From an uncultured Acidobacteriota bacterium (GTDB lineage: Bacteria; Acidobacteriota; Terriglobia; Acidiferrales; UBA7541): a stretch of 64,000 nt of DNA. Positions 9,669 through 19,542 of this stretch are shown here, in pieces. Both the position numbers and the translations under genes were made by a program. A model generated the notes under the pieces. It did no database searches. It worked only from the letters and a program-made list of their open reading frames with translations, and had not been told where the DNA came from. The stretch lies in NCBI GenBank assembly GCA_963704485.1, contig OY969910.1, positions 3,176,138 through 3,240,137 on the forward strand, read 5' to 3'. The stretch's first letter is position 1. Every line of letters begins with the position of its first letter.

Positions 9669-10604
9669 TTACTTTGCGCCGGATTTCCGAGGTATGAAAA
9701 TCTCGCCTGGCGGGGAGAAGTTATTTTTCCTGGCGTAGTTGCCTTCATTGACGGCTAAGCCTACGCGACCGCGCGAATCGATATACAAAAGTGCAGCGCC
9801 CAATGGCACATCCATAAAAGTCTTCACGTAGGGCATGGTGACGGGTTTCTTGTTGAGCAAAATAGTCACTTGGTCCCCGAGGGAGTAGCCGAGCTTACGA
9901 AACTCTTCAACGGGGATGTCGGTGATGAGCGAGCCGTAGGGATCATCCATCGCGATGACGTCGCCGGATATTCCTTTTTCCGTGGTGGCGGAAGACTTGG
10001 TCGTCAGGCGGACGAGTTCAGGAACCTGCGGTCCCGCTTGCGTGAAATTCCAGCCGGCGGCGAGGTGCGCGGCCGCGGGTGAAAAAATATCGCGTCCATG
10101 GAACGTGGAACTCACCGCGGCTTGGATCATCCAGTCCTGCTTGGTGATTTCATGAGCAGAATCGAGGCCATCGCGGTCAATCACCGGAGTGATCAGGCCA
10201 TTGTCGGGCAGCACAAAGAATTGTCCCTTTTTTGATTTGACGATCACCGCTTTGCGGGAAGTACCTACCCCAGGATCCACGACCACCAGGAAAATCGTGC
10301 CGCTTGGATAATACGGCGTGACTCCGGCCAGAAACCGCGCGCCTTCTTCAATGGAAAATGGCGTGACTTGATGAGTGATGTCGGTGACGCGAGTATCTCT
10401 GGGAGCAATTCCAAATATTACAGCGCGGCAAATGGCTACGGCATCGTTGGCAGTGCCGAAATCGGTCATGAAGACAATGGTGGGCTGTGCGGCTGTCTGC
10501 CCTGTGACCGGCTGTTCGTAGTCGGCATGACGTGAGCACGACACCTGTGTGCAGAAGCACGCAAGGACTAACAGCAGCGGGATCAAGTAACGGCGCGCCT
10601 GCAT
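9669..10604 (-). CDS. SAM hydroxide adenosyltransferase (DUF62; chlorinase/fluorinase superfamily) with predicted signal or lipoprotein peptide
   Basis: MTDFG, DITH, VVDPGVGTSR, PDNGL, TFHGRDIFSPAAAHLA; hydrophobic N-terminus ending ...QVSC. Confidence 0.88.
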   Translation of the reverse strand: MQARRYLIPLLLVLACFCTQVSCSRHADYEQPVTGQTAAQPTIVFMTDFGTANDAVAICRAVIFGIAPRDTRVTDITHQVTPFSIEEGARFLAGVTPYYPSGTIFLVVVDPGVGTSRKAVIVKSKKGQFFVLPDNGLITPVIDRDGLDSAHEITKQDWMIQAAVSSTFHGRDIFSPAAAHLAAGWNFTQAGPQVPELVRLTTKSSATTEKGISGDVIAMDDPYGSLITDIPVEEFRKLGYSLGDQVTILLNKKPVTMPYVKTFMDVPLGAALLYIDSRGRVGLAVNEGNYARKNNFSPPGEIFIPRKSGAK

Positions 10605-10709
10605 GGTTTCTCCAGTCGGATTCCAGATCGATCGATTCGGAATAGCGCTCGTTGGTGAAGTTCAATTCAAAGTCAAAAATCGCGCGCTTTGGGAAATTTT
10701 GTAGCGAGA

Positions 10710-11228
10710 TCAGGCCGGGGCTTTGGCGGATTTGTCGGCGGGGTGGATGACGACTTGGCGTTCTTCGCCCATGCCGATGCTTTCGGTGCGGATGCCGGGA
10801 ATGTCTTTGAGTGCGAGATGCACGATGCGGCGTTCGCGCGAGGACATGGGATTAAGGCGGAAAGGCTGGCGCGAACTTTCGACGCGCTCGGCGGCGACTT
10901 TGGCGGTCATGCGCAGCTCTTCAAAGCGCAGTGCGCGGTAGCCGCCGCAATCCACATGAATTTTTTCGTGGAAGGCGGGCTCCAGGCGCAAGGCGCGGAA
11001 GGCCAGGTGCTCGATGGCTTTAAGAACTTCAGCGTTGCGTTCGAGCAGGATTTCTTTGTCGCGTCCGTCGAGATCGGCAATGACTTCGGCGTGGCCTTCG
11101 AGGCCGGCGGTTTCCGGCGGGACAGCGCGGACGTTTACCTTGAGCTCAAGACCCGCGGCGCGCACGCTGTCATCCAGAAAGCGCTGCAGCGCTGTCGGCA
11201 GTTGCGATGCGATCAAGCTTTCCATCAT
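10710..11228 (-). CDS. jag: Jag/KhpB (EloR) RNA-binding protein, KH plus R3H
   Basis: LNPMSSRERRIVHLAL R3H motif, TESIGMGEERQVVI; downstream of yidC. Confidence 0.88.
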   Translation of the reverse strand: MMESLIASQLPTALQRFLDDSVRAAGLELKVNVRAVPPETAGLEGHAEVIADLDGRDKEILLERNAEVLKAIEHLAFRALRLEPAFHEKIHVDCGGYRALRFEELRMTAKVAAERVESSRQPFRLNPMSSRERRIVHLALKDIPGIRTESIGMGEERQVVIHPADKSAKAPA

Positions 11229-11287
11229 GGATGAGACTGGGAATCATCGGCCCTCCGAACGTAGTAGTGCGATAGCGTTCGGTTCTT

Positions 11288-13070
11288 TCAGATTATGATT
11301 TTTTGCCGCGAACAGGTTTTGTTACGGGCGCCAGCAACCACTGGATGCTGGCGGTTCAGGTACCACTGCTGCCCGATGCCAACAATACTGCTGGTGAGAA
11401 TATACACCGCCAAGCCGCTGGAGATAGGGGAAATCATGAAAATTCCCGCCATGGTAATGGGCATGATTTTCATCATCATTTGCTGCTGGGGGTCGGTGGA
11501 GGTCATGGGCGTCATTTTGGAAACGAGGTACATGGAGAGGCCCATCATGACGGGCAAAACGTAATAAGGATCGCGTGCGGAAAGATCGGTGATCCAGCCG
11601 AACCAGCGGGCGTGGCGCATCTCGATGGCGAAGCGCAAAGCGTTGTTCAAGCCGAACCAGATGGGCATCTGCAAAAACATCTGGAAGCAGCCGCCGACGG
11701 GGTTGATGCCTTCGCGGCTGTAGACGGCCATCACTTCCTTGTTCATGTCCGCTTTGCGCGGGTCGTTCATTTTGTATTTTTTGTAGCGTTCCTGGATGGA
11801 TTTGATTTCCGGGCCGACGCGCTGCATTTTCAGTGGTGGTTTTGTAGCTGGAGATGCGCAGCGGGAACAGCGCCATATTGATGACCAGGGTGAGAACCAC
11901 GATGGCCCAGCCCCAGTTGGGAACGTAATTGTGCAGCCATTTGAGCGCGTGGAAGAGCGGGTCGGCGATGAATTCCATCCAGCCAAAATTTACGAGGCCG
12001 TGGAGCGGCGGATTCATGCGCTTGAGATCGTCGTAATCTTTGGGGCCGACGTACACGCGGAGCGCGAGCGCTTGCGGGCCGGTGGCGGTGGCTACTTGCG
12101 GAACCGGCTCCGGTGATTCGACGCCGTTGACAGTAGCGGGGCGGAAATCTTTCCAGTAGCGTGTTTGCAGCGTGCCGGGAGCGGCGCCGTTCGGCGGGCA
12201 AGAAATGCGGCGGTGAAGTAGCGGTCTTCGATGCCGGTGAAATCTTTGCCACCTTGCCAGACGCCGGGGGCCCACTTGTCGAGGCCTTCGAGTTTTTTGT
12301 AAGGGAAATTGCTGAATTTTGCCGTCTTCGCTGTAATAGGTGGTGACGGTTTCCACGGGCGCGGGATTGGTGACGGTGAGGTCGCCGAATCCGCCGAGCC
12401 AGCCGAGTCCCGCAGCGATGGGCTTGCCGTCGAGCTTGGCGGTGGCGTCCACGCGCACGACGTAGCAGTGATCGAAGTGAAAGCGCTTGGTGATTTCGAG
12501 GTGGCCGTCGCTCCAGGAAAATGTCACGTCGGCCGGCGCGGTGATGGTGCGCGGCGGCGTCGGAGGAAAGTTTATACAGGCCGTTGTTGGCGGCCTTTTC
12601 GAGGTCGGGATTGTCGAGAACCAGCGCAAAGGGCCAGCCGCCGGTTTGCTGCGAGGCATCCGGATGGACAACGTCGAGAACGCGCTGCGGCTTGTTGTCG
12701 TCCTTATACTTGGAAAGCTGCCAGCTTTTGACGACCGCGCCGCGATTGGAAATTTCGACGCGATATAAATCGTCCTGCACGACGATGTAATGTTCTTCGC
12801 TTGCGGACTTGCGGAACGGCCGCGGGACGGCTTGCAGTTTGAATTGTTGGCGAGGAGCGGTTGACGTGGAAGCTGCGCCGGAAGGGGCGGGAGAAACCTG
12901 CGGACGGAGTTTGCGGCGCGGTGATGGCGGGCTTGGGTTGCGGCGGACGCCAGCGGCGGCTTGGGCGCAAAAAACTTGACCCACAGCAAGAATGACCAGC
13001 ATGGAGAGCAGCGAGGCGCCGAGAATTCTCATCTCCGGCGATTGCACGCCCTTTGCGGCGCAGCGCTCAC
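11288..13070 (-). CDS. yidC: Membrane protein insertase YidC, several apparent frameshifts
   Basis: Segments in three frames: EMRILGASLLSML, ISNRGAVVKSWQL, LRVYVGPKDY, NWGWAIVVLTLVINMALFPLR, KMQRVGPEIKSIQERYK, EGINPVGGCFQMFLQMPIW, WITDLSARDPYYVLP. Probable GTG start at 13070 after GGAAGAGG. Confidence 0.9.
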
Positions 13071-13285
13071 GAATGTACCTCTTCCAGTCAGGAACCGGGT
13101 CGTAGCCAAATTTGCGGGAAAAGCGGATGACAGCGGCCGAGGCGCTTCACGCCCAGCCAGACGCCGCGAGTCACGCCAAAGCGCTCGATGGCTTCGTAGG
13201 TGTATTGCGAACAAGTGGGATGGAAGCGGCAATTTCCTGCGAAAAGCATGGACAGATAGGCTTTATAAAAACGTAGCGCGAGCAA
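13067..13285 (-). CDS. yidD: Membrane protein insertion efficiency factor YidD, frameshifted; boundaries approximate
   Basis: FYKAYLS...[19 protein letters not shown]...RLGRCHP, then GYDPVP in another frame. Confidence 0.88.
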
Positions 13286-13700
13286 GAGCGGCTTTTACCG
13301 CGAGCGAATGAGTCGCGTTCGCTTCTGCAGCCGAATTCTGCACGCTGGCGTTTACGGGCGTCACGGAGTTCTGCAGCAGGCGCAGCAGGTCGGCCGTCAG
13401 CGTGGAATGGTTGGACCGCGCCACGATGCTTTTCGGATGAATGACCATGTCCCATCCCGGTGGTATCTCCAGACGATGACAACGAACCGCTTCGCGCAAG
13501 CGGCGGCGAATACGATTGCGCACTACCGCGCCGCCCAGCGCCTTTTTAATGCTGAAGCCGAAGCGGCTGAGCGGCAATTGATTGGCGCGAAAAAAAACCA
13601 CGAAGTGAGCGCTGGAACGCCTGCGGCCGGCGCGATAAACGGCGTCAAAATCTCCGCGGCGCACCAGTCGCGCAGCACGCGGAAAATTCAGGCGCTGCAA
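13263..13700 (-). CDS. rnpA: Ribonuclease P protein component; 3' end uncertain
   Basis: [32 protein letters not shown] (RNR motif); between rpmH and yidD. Confidence 0.92.
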   Translation of the reverse strand: MQRLNFPRAARLVRRGDFDAVYRAGRRRSSAHFVVFFRANQLPLSRFGFSIKKALGGAVVRNRIRRRLREAVRCHRLEIPPGWDMVIHPKSIVARSNHSTLTADLLRLLQNSVTPVNASVQNSAAEANATHSLAVKAALARATFL

Positions 13701-13716
13701 TTTTTCAGGGCTTGAA

Positions 13717-13857
13717 TCATACGGGAGTGAGGCGATGACGGCCCTTCTTACGGCGAGCGGCGAGGACCTTGCGGCCTCCCGCGGTTTTCATGCGCGAGCG
13801 GAAGCCATGCGTTTTGGCGCGGCGACGTTTGCGCGGCTGGTATGTGCGCTTAGGCAA
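13717..13857 (-). CDS. rpmH: 50S ribosomal protein L34
   Basis: Manual translation [46 protein letters not shown] (46 aa); TTG start with AAGGAG RBS. Confidence 0.97.
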   Translation of the reverse strand: MPKRTYQPRKRRRAKTHGFRSRMKTAGGRKVLAARRKKGRHRLTPV

Positions 13858-13985
13858 AACAATTCTCCTTTAAGGCGTGGCCGGACAGTGGCCAATGCTA
13901 ATGATGCGTTCGCGAAACCGCAGTGCGAGCGTAGCGGTGAAACGGCGAACAACTCACCGCGGAGGCGGTTGGTTTTGAATGTTCA

Positions 13986-14014
13986 AGTGTATTCGAGGCG
14001 TGCGGGAGGGTCAA
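13986..14014 (-). promoter_or_regulatory. sigma70-type promoter of the rpmH operon
   Basis: TTGACC-N17-TACACT on the minus strand. Confidence 0.6.
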
Positions 14015-14103
14015 GAAACGCAGCGCCCTTACAGCCGTTGCATAGCCCCCGACGGAGATCAGGCGAGGCAACCAATCGACTAAACTGACCTTGTTCATAA
14101 GCT

Positions 14104-14138
14104 AAAAACGAGAGGCAGTCCGGTCAAGGACTGCCTCT
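14104..14138 (-). terminator. Rho-independent terminator
   Basis: 11-bp stem AGAGGCAGTCC/GGACTGCCTCT followed by CGTTTTT on the minus strand, downstream of the CDS ending at 14169. Confidence 0.75.
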
Positions 14139-14168
14139 TGCAAATGCAGCAACAGCAATGTGCCGCTC

Positions 14169-14645
14169 TTACTGCTTATCGTAAACCTGCACGTCGTGCG
14201 TCTTCGCACCCGCGGCGTTGGTTCCGGTGGCCTCCACCGTGGCAACTTTGCCGTCTTTGGAAATGGAGACTTTCGAGGTCCCGAGAAGCTTGCCGCCCTT
14301 TTTCAGGGTGGCAACGTAGTGGTTGGCATCTATGCGCTTTATGGCCGCGGTCTCCGCTCCGTTGGGCGCTGTGCCTGTAATGGGGTTATCGTTGCCGTCA
14401 AATTTCACTGCAAAGTTGTAGGAAATCGGGGTTCCGTCTCCCGCGACTCCCTCGAAAGTATATTTCACGCCGTTGTCCTGAGCTTCTACGGTGCGGGTGA
14501 GGGACTTCGGCGCCGGGCCTGGTTCATATTTGGATTTCGCGGTGTTCAGCTTCCAGGTTCCGACCAGGGCCTCGCTCTGGGCTTGAACGGTGCCGGCCGC
14601 CACAATTGCTAAAACTCCAACAGCCAAAAACTTTGAAACACGCAT
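14169..14645 (-). CDS. Secreted hypothetical protein, lipocalin-like beta-barrel
   Basis: Signal peptide MRVSKFLAVGVLAIVAAGTVQA, LVGTWKLN, C-terminal VYDKQ; AGGAGG RBS. Confidence 0.75.
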   Translation of the reverse strand: MRVSKFLAVGVLAIVAAGTVQAQSEALVGTWKLNTAKSKYEPGPAPKSLTRTVEAQDNGVKYTFEGVAGDGTPISYNFAVKFDGNDNPITGTAPNGAETAAIKRIDANHYVATLKKGGKLLGTSKVSISKDGKVATVEATGTNAAGAKTHDVQVYDKQ

Positions 14646-14835
14646 GAGTCTGACCCTCCTTGGGTCGGAACTTCGTTTGGAGCTGGACTTTTTTTCGTTA
14701 GAAAATGGGACAAGGTTGAAAAAGACTTGGGCGACAATAGCCGCACCCAAGCGCAAAGTCAACGATGGTCTAGCTTGCGTCGTTCGCTCTCACAGAGTAA
14801 GGTCCAACTCGCGCGCGGGCATAAGAAGGAGAAGC

Positions 14836-16995
14836 ATGCGATCAAACTCAATTTCAAGACCGTTGCTCCCGGTGGTTTTGAGCATGGCTGCTGCGGCAGG
14901 AATAGTTACTTTCGTGGCGCGCAGTCAGGAAGCGCCCCAACCGAGCGTTACCAGCCCGAACGCGAGCGACAAACCGACAGACAAAGAGAATTTGCCTCAA
15001 CCCACGAAGGCGCGAACCAAACAGGCCGTAGAGGCGCGGTTGAAAGAGGTAGAGAAACCGAAGGCCGCTTCGCCGATTCATGACGTGGAAAAGACCCTGT
15101 TTGCCACGCATGAATTCAAGCAAGCGGTGATTTCCCCAAATGGCAAGCTGGTTGCCTGGGTGGAGACGCTGATAAATAAGGGTGGAGCGCCTTCGGGAGA
15201 TTCGGCAATTTATTTTTCGGAAATGGAAAGCAAGGCGGCGCCGAAACGACTGAGAGCCGCAGTGGGTGCTGCGGATCACGAAGAGACCAATGTGGCGTGG
15301 TCACCGGACAGCAAGCGCATCGCGTTTCTGTCGGATGACGCAAAGCCCGGGCAGCGGCAACTTTACATAGCAAGTGTTGGCGCGGGAGGCAGTGCGGCGA
15401 GGAAGCTGACCAGCGTGAAGGGCTTTTTGGACAAGCCGGCGTGGTCACCGGACGGCAAAACCATTGCGGTGCTGTTTACGGAAAATGCCACGCGGGCGTC
15501 CGGGCCGCTGGTGGCGGAGACTCCAGAGACGGGAGAGATAAAGGATGCGCTTTTCGAGCAGCGGCTGGCGGTGGTGGACGTCGCGAGCGGCAAGCTGCGC
15601 CAAATCTCGCCCGCGGATACTTATATATATGAATACGACTGGTCGCCGGATGGCTTGAAGTTTGCGGTCACTGCGGCGCTGGGAAATGGCGATAACAACT
15701 GGTGGGTTGCGGAGCTGTATACGCTGGAAGGCACCAGTGGATTGATGAAATCCATTTACAAACCGAAGCTGCAGATTGCCAACCCGGCGTGGTCGCCCGA
15801 TGGCGAGCGCGTTGCGTTCATTGAGGGATTGATGAGCGACGCTGGATTGACTGGCGGGGACATTCACACGGTTAGCGCGTCCGGCGGTGAGGCAGAAAAC
15901 GTGACGCCGGACATGAAAGCTTCTGCGAGCTGGCTGACTTGGACCGCCGACAAGAAAATAGTTTTTGGTGAATGGGTGGCGGGAGAGACAGGAATTGCAA
16001 CCGTGGACCCGGAAGGGAAAAAGCCGCAAACACTGTGGCGCGGCGGCGAGTACCTGACCGCCGCGGAAGGCGGCTATTGCCCAACATTATCTATAGCTAA
16101 GGATGGGCAAACCATGGCGTTTGTGCGCCAGTCGTATGCGTCGGCGCCGGAAGTTTGGGCTGGAAAAGTGGATGAGTGGAAGCAGATCACCTACCGCAAC
16201 GAGGGTTCAACGCGCGGGTGGGGTGAGGCAAAAAGCATCCATTGGAAGAGCGGCGGACACGAGGTGCAGGGGTGGCTGTTATATCCCAAGGATTTTGACG
16301 CCGCCAGAAAATATCCGCTCGTGGTTTCCGTGCACGGCGGTCCCAGCTGGGCCGCATCTTCGCAATGGCCGACTCCCCATAACTATGCGGCGGCGTTGGC
16401 AGGCGCGGGATATTTCGTACTGAGCCCGAATCCGCGCGGAAGTTACGGCCAGGGTGAAGCGTTCACTCGCGCCAATGTAAAGGATTTTGGCGGCGGGGAC
16501 TTTGAAGACGTTCTGGCGGGCGTAGACGAAGCCATCCGTGTCGCGCCCATTGATGAGAATCGTCTAGGGCTGACGGGCTGGAGCTACGGCGGGTTCATGA
16601 CCATGCTGGGAGTAACGAAGACCAAGAGGTTCAAAGCCGCCATGGCAGGGGCAGGAATTTCGAACTGGCAGAGCTATTACGGCGAAAATCAGATCGACCA
16701 GTGGATGGTTCCCTTCTTCGGCAAGTCGGTCTACGACGATCCGGAGATTTACGCCAAAGCGTCGGCGCTCAACTTCATCAAAAAGGTAAAGACGCCGACG
16801 CTGATTATTGTGGGCGACAGCGACGGCGAGTGTCCGACGCCGCAATCGTATGAATTCTGGCACGCGCTGAAGGCCCAGGGCGTGGAAACGCAACTGGTAG
16901 TTTACGAGCGTGAAGGGCATATGTTCGCGAAACCGGAGCATCAGCGCGACGTTATCGAGCGAACGCTGGCGTGGTTTGACGCCCATTTGAAGTAG
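14836..16995 (+). CDS. S9 family peptidase (acylaminoacyl/dipeptidyl peptidase) with TolB-like propeller
   Basis: Repeated WSPDG, HGGP, PNPRGSYGQG, GWSYGG nucleophile, GDSDGECP, EGH; signal peptide. Confidence 0.92.
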   Translation: MRSNSISRPLLPVVLSMAAAAGIVTFVARSQEAPQPSVTSPNASDKPTDKENLPQPTKARTKQAVEARLKEVEKPKAASPIHDVEKTLFATHEFKQAVISPNGKLVAWVETLINKGGAPSGDSAIYFSEMESKAAPKRLRAAVGAADHEETNVAWSPDSKRIAFLSDDAKPGQRQLYIASVGAGGSAARKLTSVKGFLDKPAWSPDGKTIAVLFTENATRASGPLVAETPETGEIKDALFEQRLAVVDVASGKLRQISPADTYIYEYDWSPDGLKFAVTAALGNGDNNWWVAELYTLEGTSGLMKSIYKPKLQIANPAWSPDGERVAFIEGLMSDAGLTGGDIHTVSASGGEAENVTPDMKASASWLTWTADKKIVFGEWVAGETGIATVDPEGKKPQTLWRGGEYLTAAEGGYCPTLSIAKDGQTMAFVRQSYASAPEVWAGKVDEWKQITYRNEGSTRGWGEAKSIHWKSGGHEVQGWLLYPKDFDAARKYPLVVSVHGGPSWAASSQWPTPHNYAAALAGAGYFVLSPNPRGSYGQGEAFTRANVKDFGGGDFEDVLAGVDEAIRVAPIDENRLGLTGWSYGGFMTMLGVTKTKRFKAAMAGAGISNWQSYYGENQIDQWMVPFFGKSVYDDPEIYAKASALNFIKKVKTPTLIIVGDSDGECPTPQSYEFWHALKAQGVETQLVVYEREGHMFAKPEHQRDVIERTLAWFDAHLK

Positions 16996-17120
16996 TCGAC
17001 CAGCAGCTACTCAACTGGAAAAAACGTACTTGATTGCATAAGCTATGTACCCTTCTACTGCTTGTCAGTTGCGGTGCACGGGTGTCTGCGTAAATTGAAA
17101 CTAGTGTTCGGAGGTGAAGC

Positions 17121-19370
17121 TTGCCGTCCAGTCATTACATCCTGCGTTTTATGTCACTGCTGTTATTGAGCGCGAGCGCGACCTTCGCCCAGGGGATTGT
17201 GGAAGGCACAGTTCGCGACAGTCACGGTGCCGCGGTTCCCAATAGCGCGGTGTCGTTGCAGCGGGAAGAAGGAAAAACGGTTGCGACGGCGAAGACGGAC
17301 GCAGATGGAAAATTTCGCTTCACCGCGCTGGATGCCGGGGAGTACGCGCTCAAAATTGATGCCGATGGCTACTATGTCTCGTCGTTTCAGTTTGTACTGC
17401 GGGCGCGTCAGCCCGTCTCGCTGGACCTGGACATCGAGCGCAAAGAAACGGTTCGCCAGCGGGTGGAGGTTCAATCGAAGTATCTGACCGTGGCCCCCGA
17501 GAAAACCGGGAGCTCCTACGTGTTTACCCGACAGGATCTGGAGCGCCTGCCCGACCCGCTCGTGGAAACCACCAACGATCTGGCCAATAACCTGATGCCC
17601 GGGGCCAGTGACAGCCATGACAATTTTCTGGCCGTTCGCGGCACCGAATTTTCGCTGCACGAGTTTGTGAATGGCGTTTCATTTCTGGACAACATGCAAC
17701 CGCAATTCTCTCCGGGCGTGAGTCCGCAACTCTTTGAGACCGTGGAGCTGATAACCGGAGGTTTCACCCCGGAATATGGCAATCGCTTCGGCGGCGTTCT
17801 GGACATCACCACGCGCTCGGGCGCCGACCTCGACGGCCACGGCGACGTCAATTTCCGCGGCGCGACCGTACAAAACTACGACCTGAATGCCGATTATGGC
17901 GGGCAAGTAGGCAAGCTGGGTTATTACGGCTTCGTGGATGGATTTACTTCCGGGCGCTACCTGGATCCTCCCGAGCCTCGCGCGCTCTACGATTTCGGAA
18001 AAGGGTCGCGTGCGGCGGTACAGCTCGACTGGGGCACGGGATCGCGGGATGCCTTCAAGCTGCTGCTGATGGGTTCGGGCACAAATTTCCAGCAGCCCAA
18101 CATCACAGAAGATCAGGAAGCCGGGCGCGATGCGCAGCGGCACCTCCGGCAGGCCACGGCAATTCTCGGATGGACGCATACATTCAGCCCTCAGGCGTTG
18201 TTGCATACCTCTATATATGAGCGGACCAGCTCGGACCACGTGCTGCCGACTACCGATCCTGACACGCCGTTTTCGGATGCTTCGCGAACGCTGTTTACAC
18301 TGGGCGTCAAGAGCGATTTTTCCTATGCCATCAGCAAGCATGTGTTCAAAGCGGGCATCGACCTGGTGCACTTGCGCGAAGGGGAAAGTTTCTTTCTGGA
18401 CAGCCGCGGCGATCCGGACGTGTTCCCGCCCTTCAGCGGCTGGGCCACCGGCGGTCAGGCCAGCGTTTATGTGCAGGACCACTTCAAGCCGGTGCGCAAT
18501 CTGACGATTGACATGGGGCTGCGTTACGACGACTTCGATCTCGTGCGTGCTGACGGACAAGTAAGCCCGCGCGTCGGAGCGGCGTATCACATAGCACGTA
18601 CAAAATCCGTTTTGCATGCGGCTTATAACCGCTTGTTTTCGCCGCCGCCCATCGAGTACTCGCTGCTGGCCAGCTTCATCGGAAACAGCACCGCCGAGCC
18701 CGGCGAGCGCGTCGGCGACGTGCGGCCCTACACACAGAATTATTATGAAGTGGGCTGGTCCCAGGAACTCTATCCACGCGTGAGCCTGGAGATTAACGCC
18801 TACCTGCACACCGGCCACAATAGTTTTGAGAATCACGAGATTTCCATTTCGCGAATTTTTGCGCCAATTAATTTTGACGCCGCTCGCTCCAAGGGTCTGG
18901 AAGCGGTGTTAAATATGCGGCAACTGGAGAAGATCGGGATTACCGGGCGGCTGCAGTACGCGCTGGCAAAAACTTATTTTTACGGACCGATTACCGGCGG
19001 GTTCGCGGGTGATGAGCCCCTCGATCCAGGCGAAAGAATTATTCCGGCGTTCGACCAGACGCACACCGGCACCGGGCAGATTTTCTATAACAGCCGCGAT
19101 ACGCGGTGGCGTGGGTTTTGGGCCGGTAGCGCGCTGCGATATGGCAGCGGAACAATTGTGGAGAACGGTCCGCGCTTGCCGCAGCACTTCACCGCCGACC
19201 TGGCCGCGGGAGTGGATGTCTGGAAAACCGAATCGCGGCGCATGGACGTGGAATTCGACGTCACCAACGTGGGGAACAGCATTTATCAGATTGCGAAAGA
19301 GAGCGAAGAGATTCCGATTCAGTACGCGCCTTCGCGAACTTTGGGCGGAAGTTTGAAGTTGCACTTTTAG
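17121..19370 (+). CDS. TonB-dependent receptor
   Basis: Signal peptide, GTVRDSHGA domain, GGFTPEYGNRFGGVLDITTRSG plug motif, C-terminal SLKLHF; GGAGG RBS. Confidence 0.88.
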   Translation: MPSSHYILRFMSLLLLSASATFAQGIVEGTVRDSHGAAVPNSAVSLQREEGKTVATAKTDADGKFRFTALDAGEYALKIDADGYYVSSFQFVLRARQPVSLDLDIERKETVRQRVEVQSKYLTVAPEKTGSSYVFTRQDLERLPDPLVETTNDLANNLMPGASDSHDNFLAVRGTEFSLHEFVNGVSFLDNMQPQFSPGVSPQLFETVELITGGFTPEYGNRFGGVLDITTRSGADLDGHGDVNFRGATVQNYDLNADYGGQVGKLGYYGFVDGFTSGRYLDPPEPRALYDFGKGSRAAVQLDWGTGSRDAFKLLLMGSGTNFQQPNITEDQEAGRDAQRHLRQATAILGWTHTFSPQALLHTSIYERTSSDHVLPTTDPDTPFSDASRTLFTLGVKSDFSYAISKHVFKAGIDLVHLREGESFFLDSRGDPDVFPPFSGWATGGQASVYVQDHFKPVRNLTIDMGLRYDDFDLVRADGQVSPRVGAAYHIARTKSVLHAAYNRLFSPPPIEYSLLASFIGNSTAEPGERVGDVRPYTQNYYEVGWSQELYPRVSLEINAYLHTGHNSFENHEISISRIFAPINFDAARSKGLEAVLNMRQLEKIGITGRLQYALAKTYFYGPITGGFAGDEPLDPGERIIPAFDQTHTGTGQIFYNSRDTRWRGFWAGSALRYGSGTIVENGPRLPQHFTADLAAGVDVWKTESRRMDVEFDVTNVGNSIYQIAKESEEIPIQYAPSRTLGGSLKLHF

Positions 19371-19484
19371 CTGACGCGCAGCCTCACATTACAAACGTGC
19401 AACGGCGGACCGTGGGGCACTTCAGGCAATCGTACCCAGGGACACTTCGGCGTTGCTGGATTCGCCTCTGAAGTTTACGTGTGT

Positions 19485-19513
19485 TTGACCGCTTATGACC
19501 GGTCACCTAGAAT
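19485..19513 (+). promoter_or_regulatory. sigma70-type promoter of ffh with a palindrome in the spacer
   Basis: TTGACC-N17-TAGAAT; TGACCGGTCA at 19496-19505. Confidence 0.6.
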
Positions 19514-19542
19514 CGAGCTATATCTGATTCCGAGCGGGGAAA

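Noticed and set aside
9669-10604. Fluorinase or chlorinase call
   Set aside because: TFHGRD with the Asp/Arg/His residues indicates the hydroxide (DUF62) type.
13047-13700. Apparent RnpA-YidD and YidD-YidC read-through fusions
   Set aside because: The region is dense in indels; plausible corrections give separate genes (yidD ending ...EEVHS with a GTGA overlap to yidC).
13858-14168. oriC upstream of rpmH
   Set aside because: No TTATNCACA boxes seen and no dnaA adjacent.
19371-19542. SRP RNA next to ffh
   Set aside because: The conserved domain IV CAGG...GGAAG..AGCAG motif was not found.
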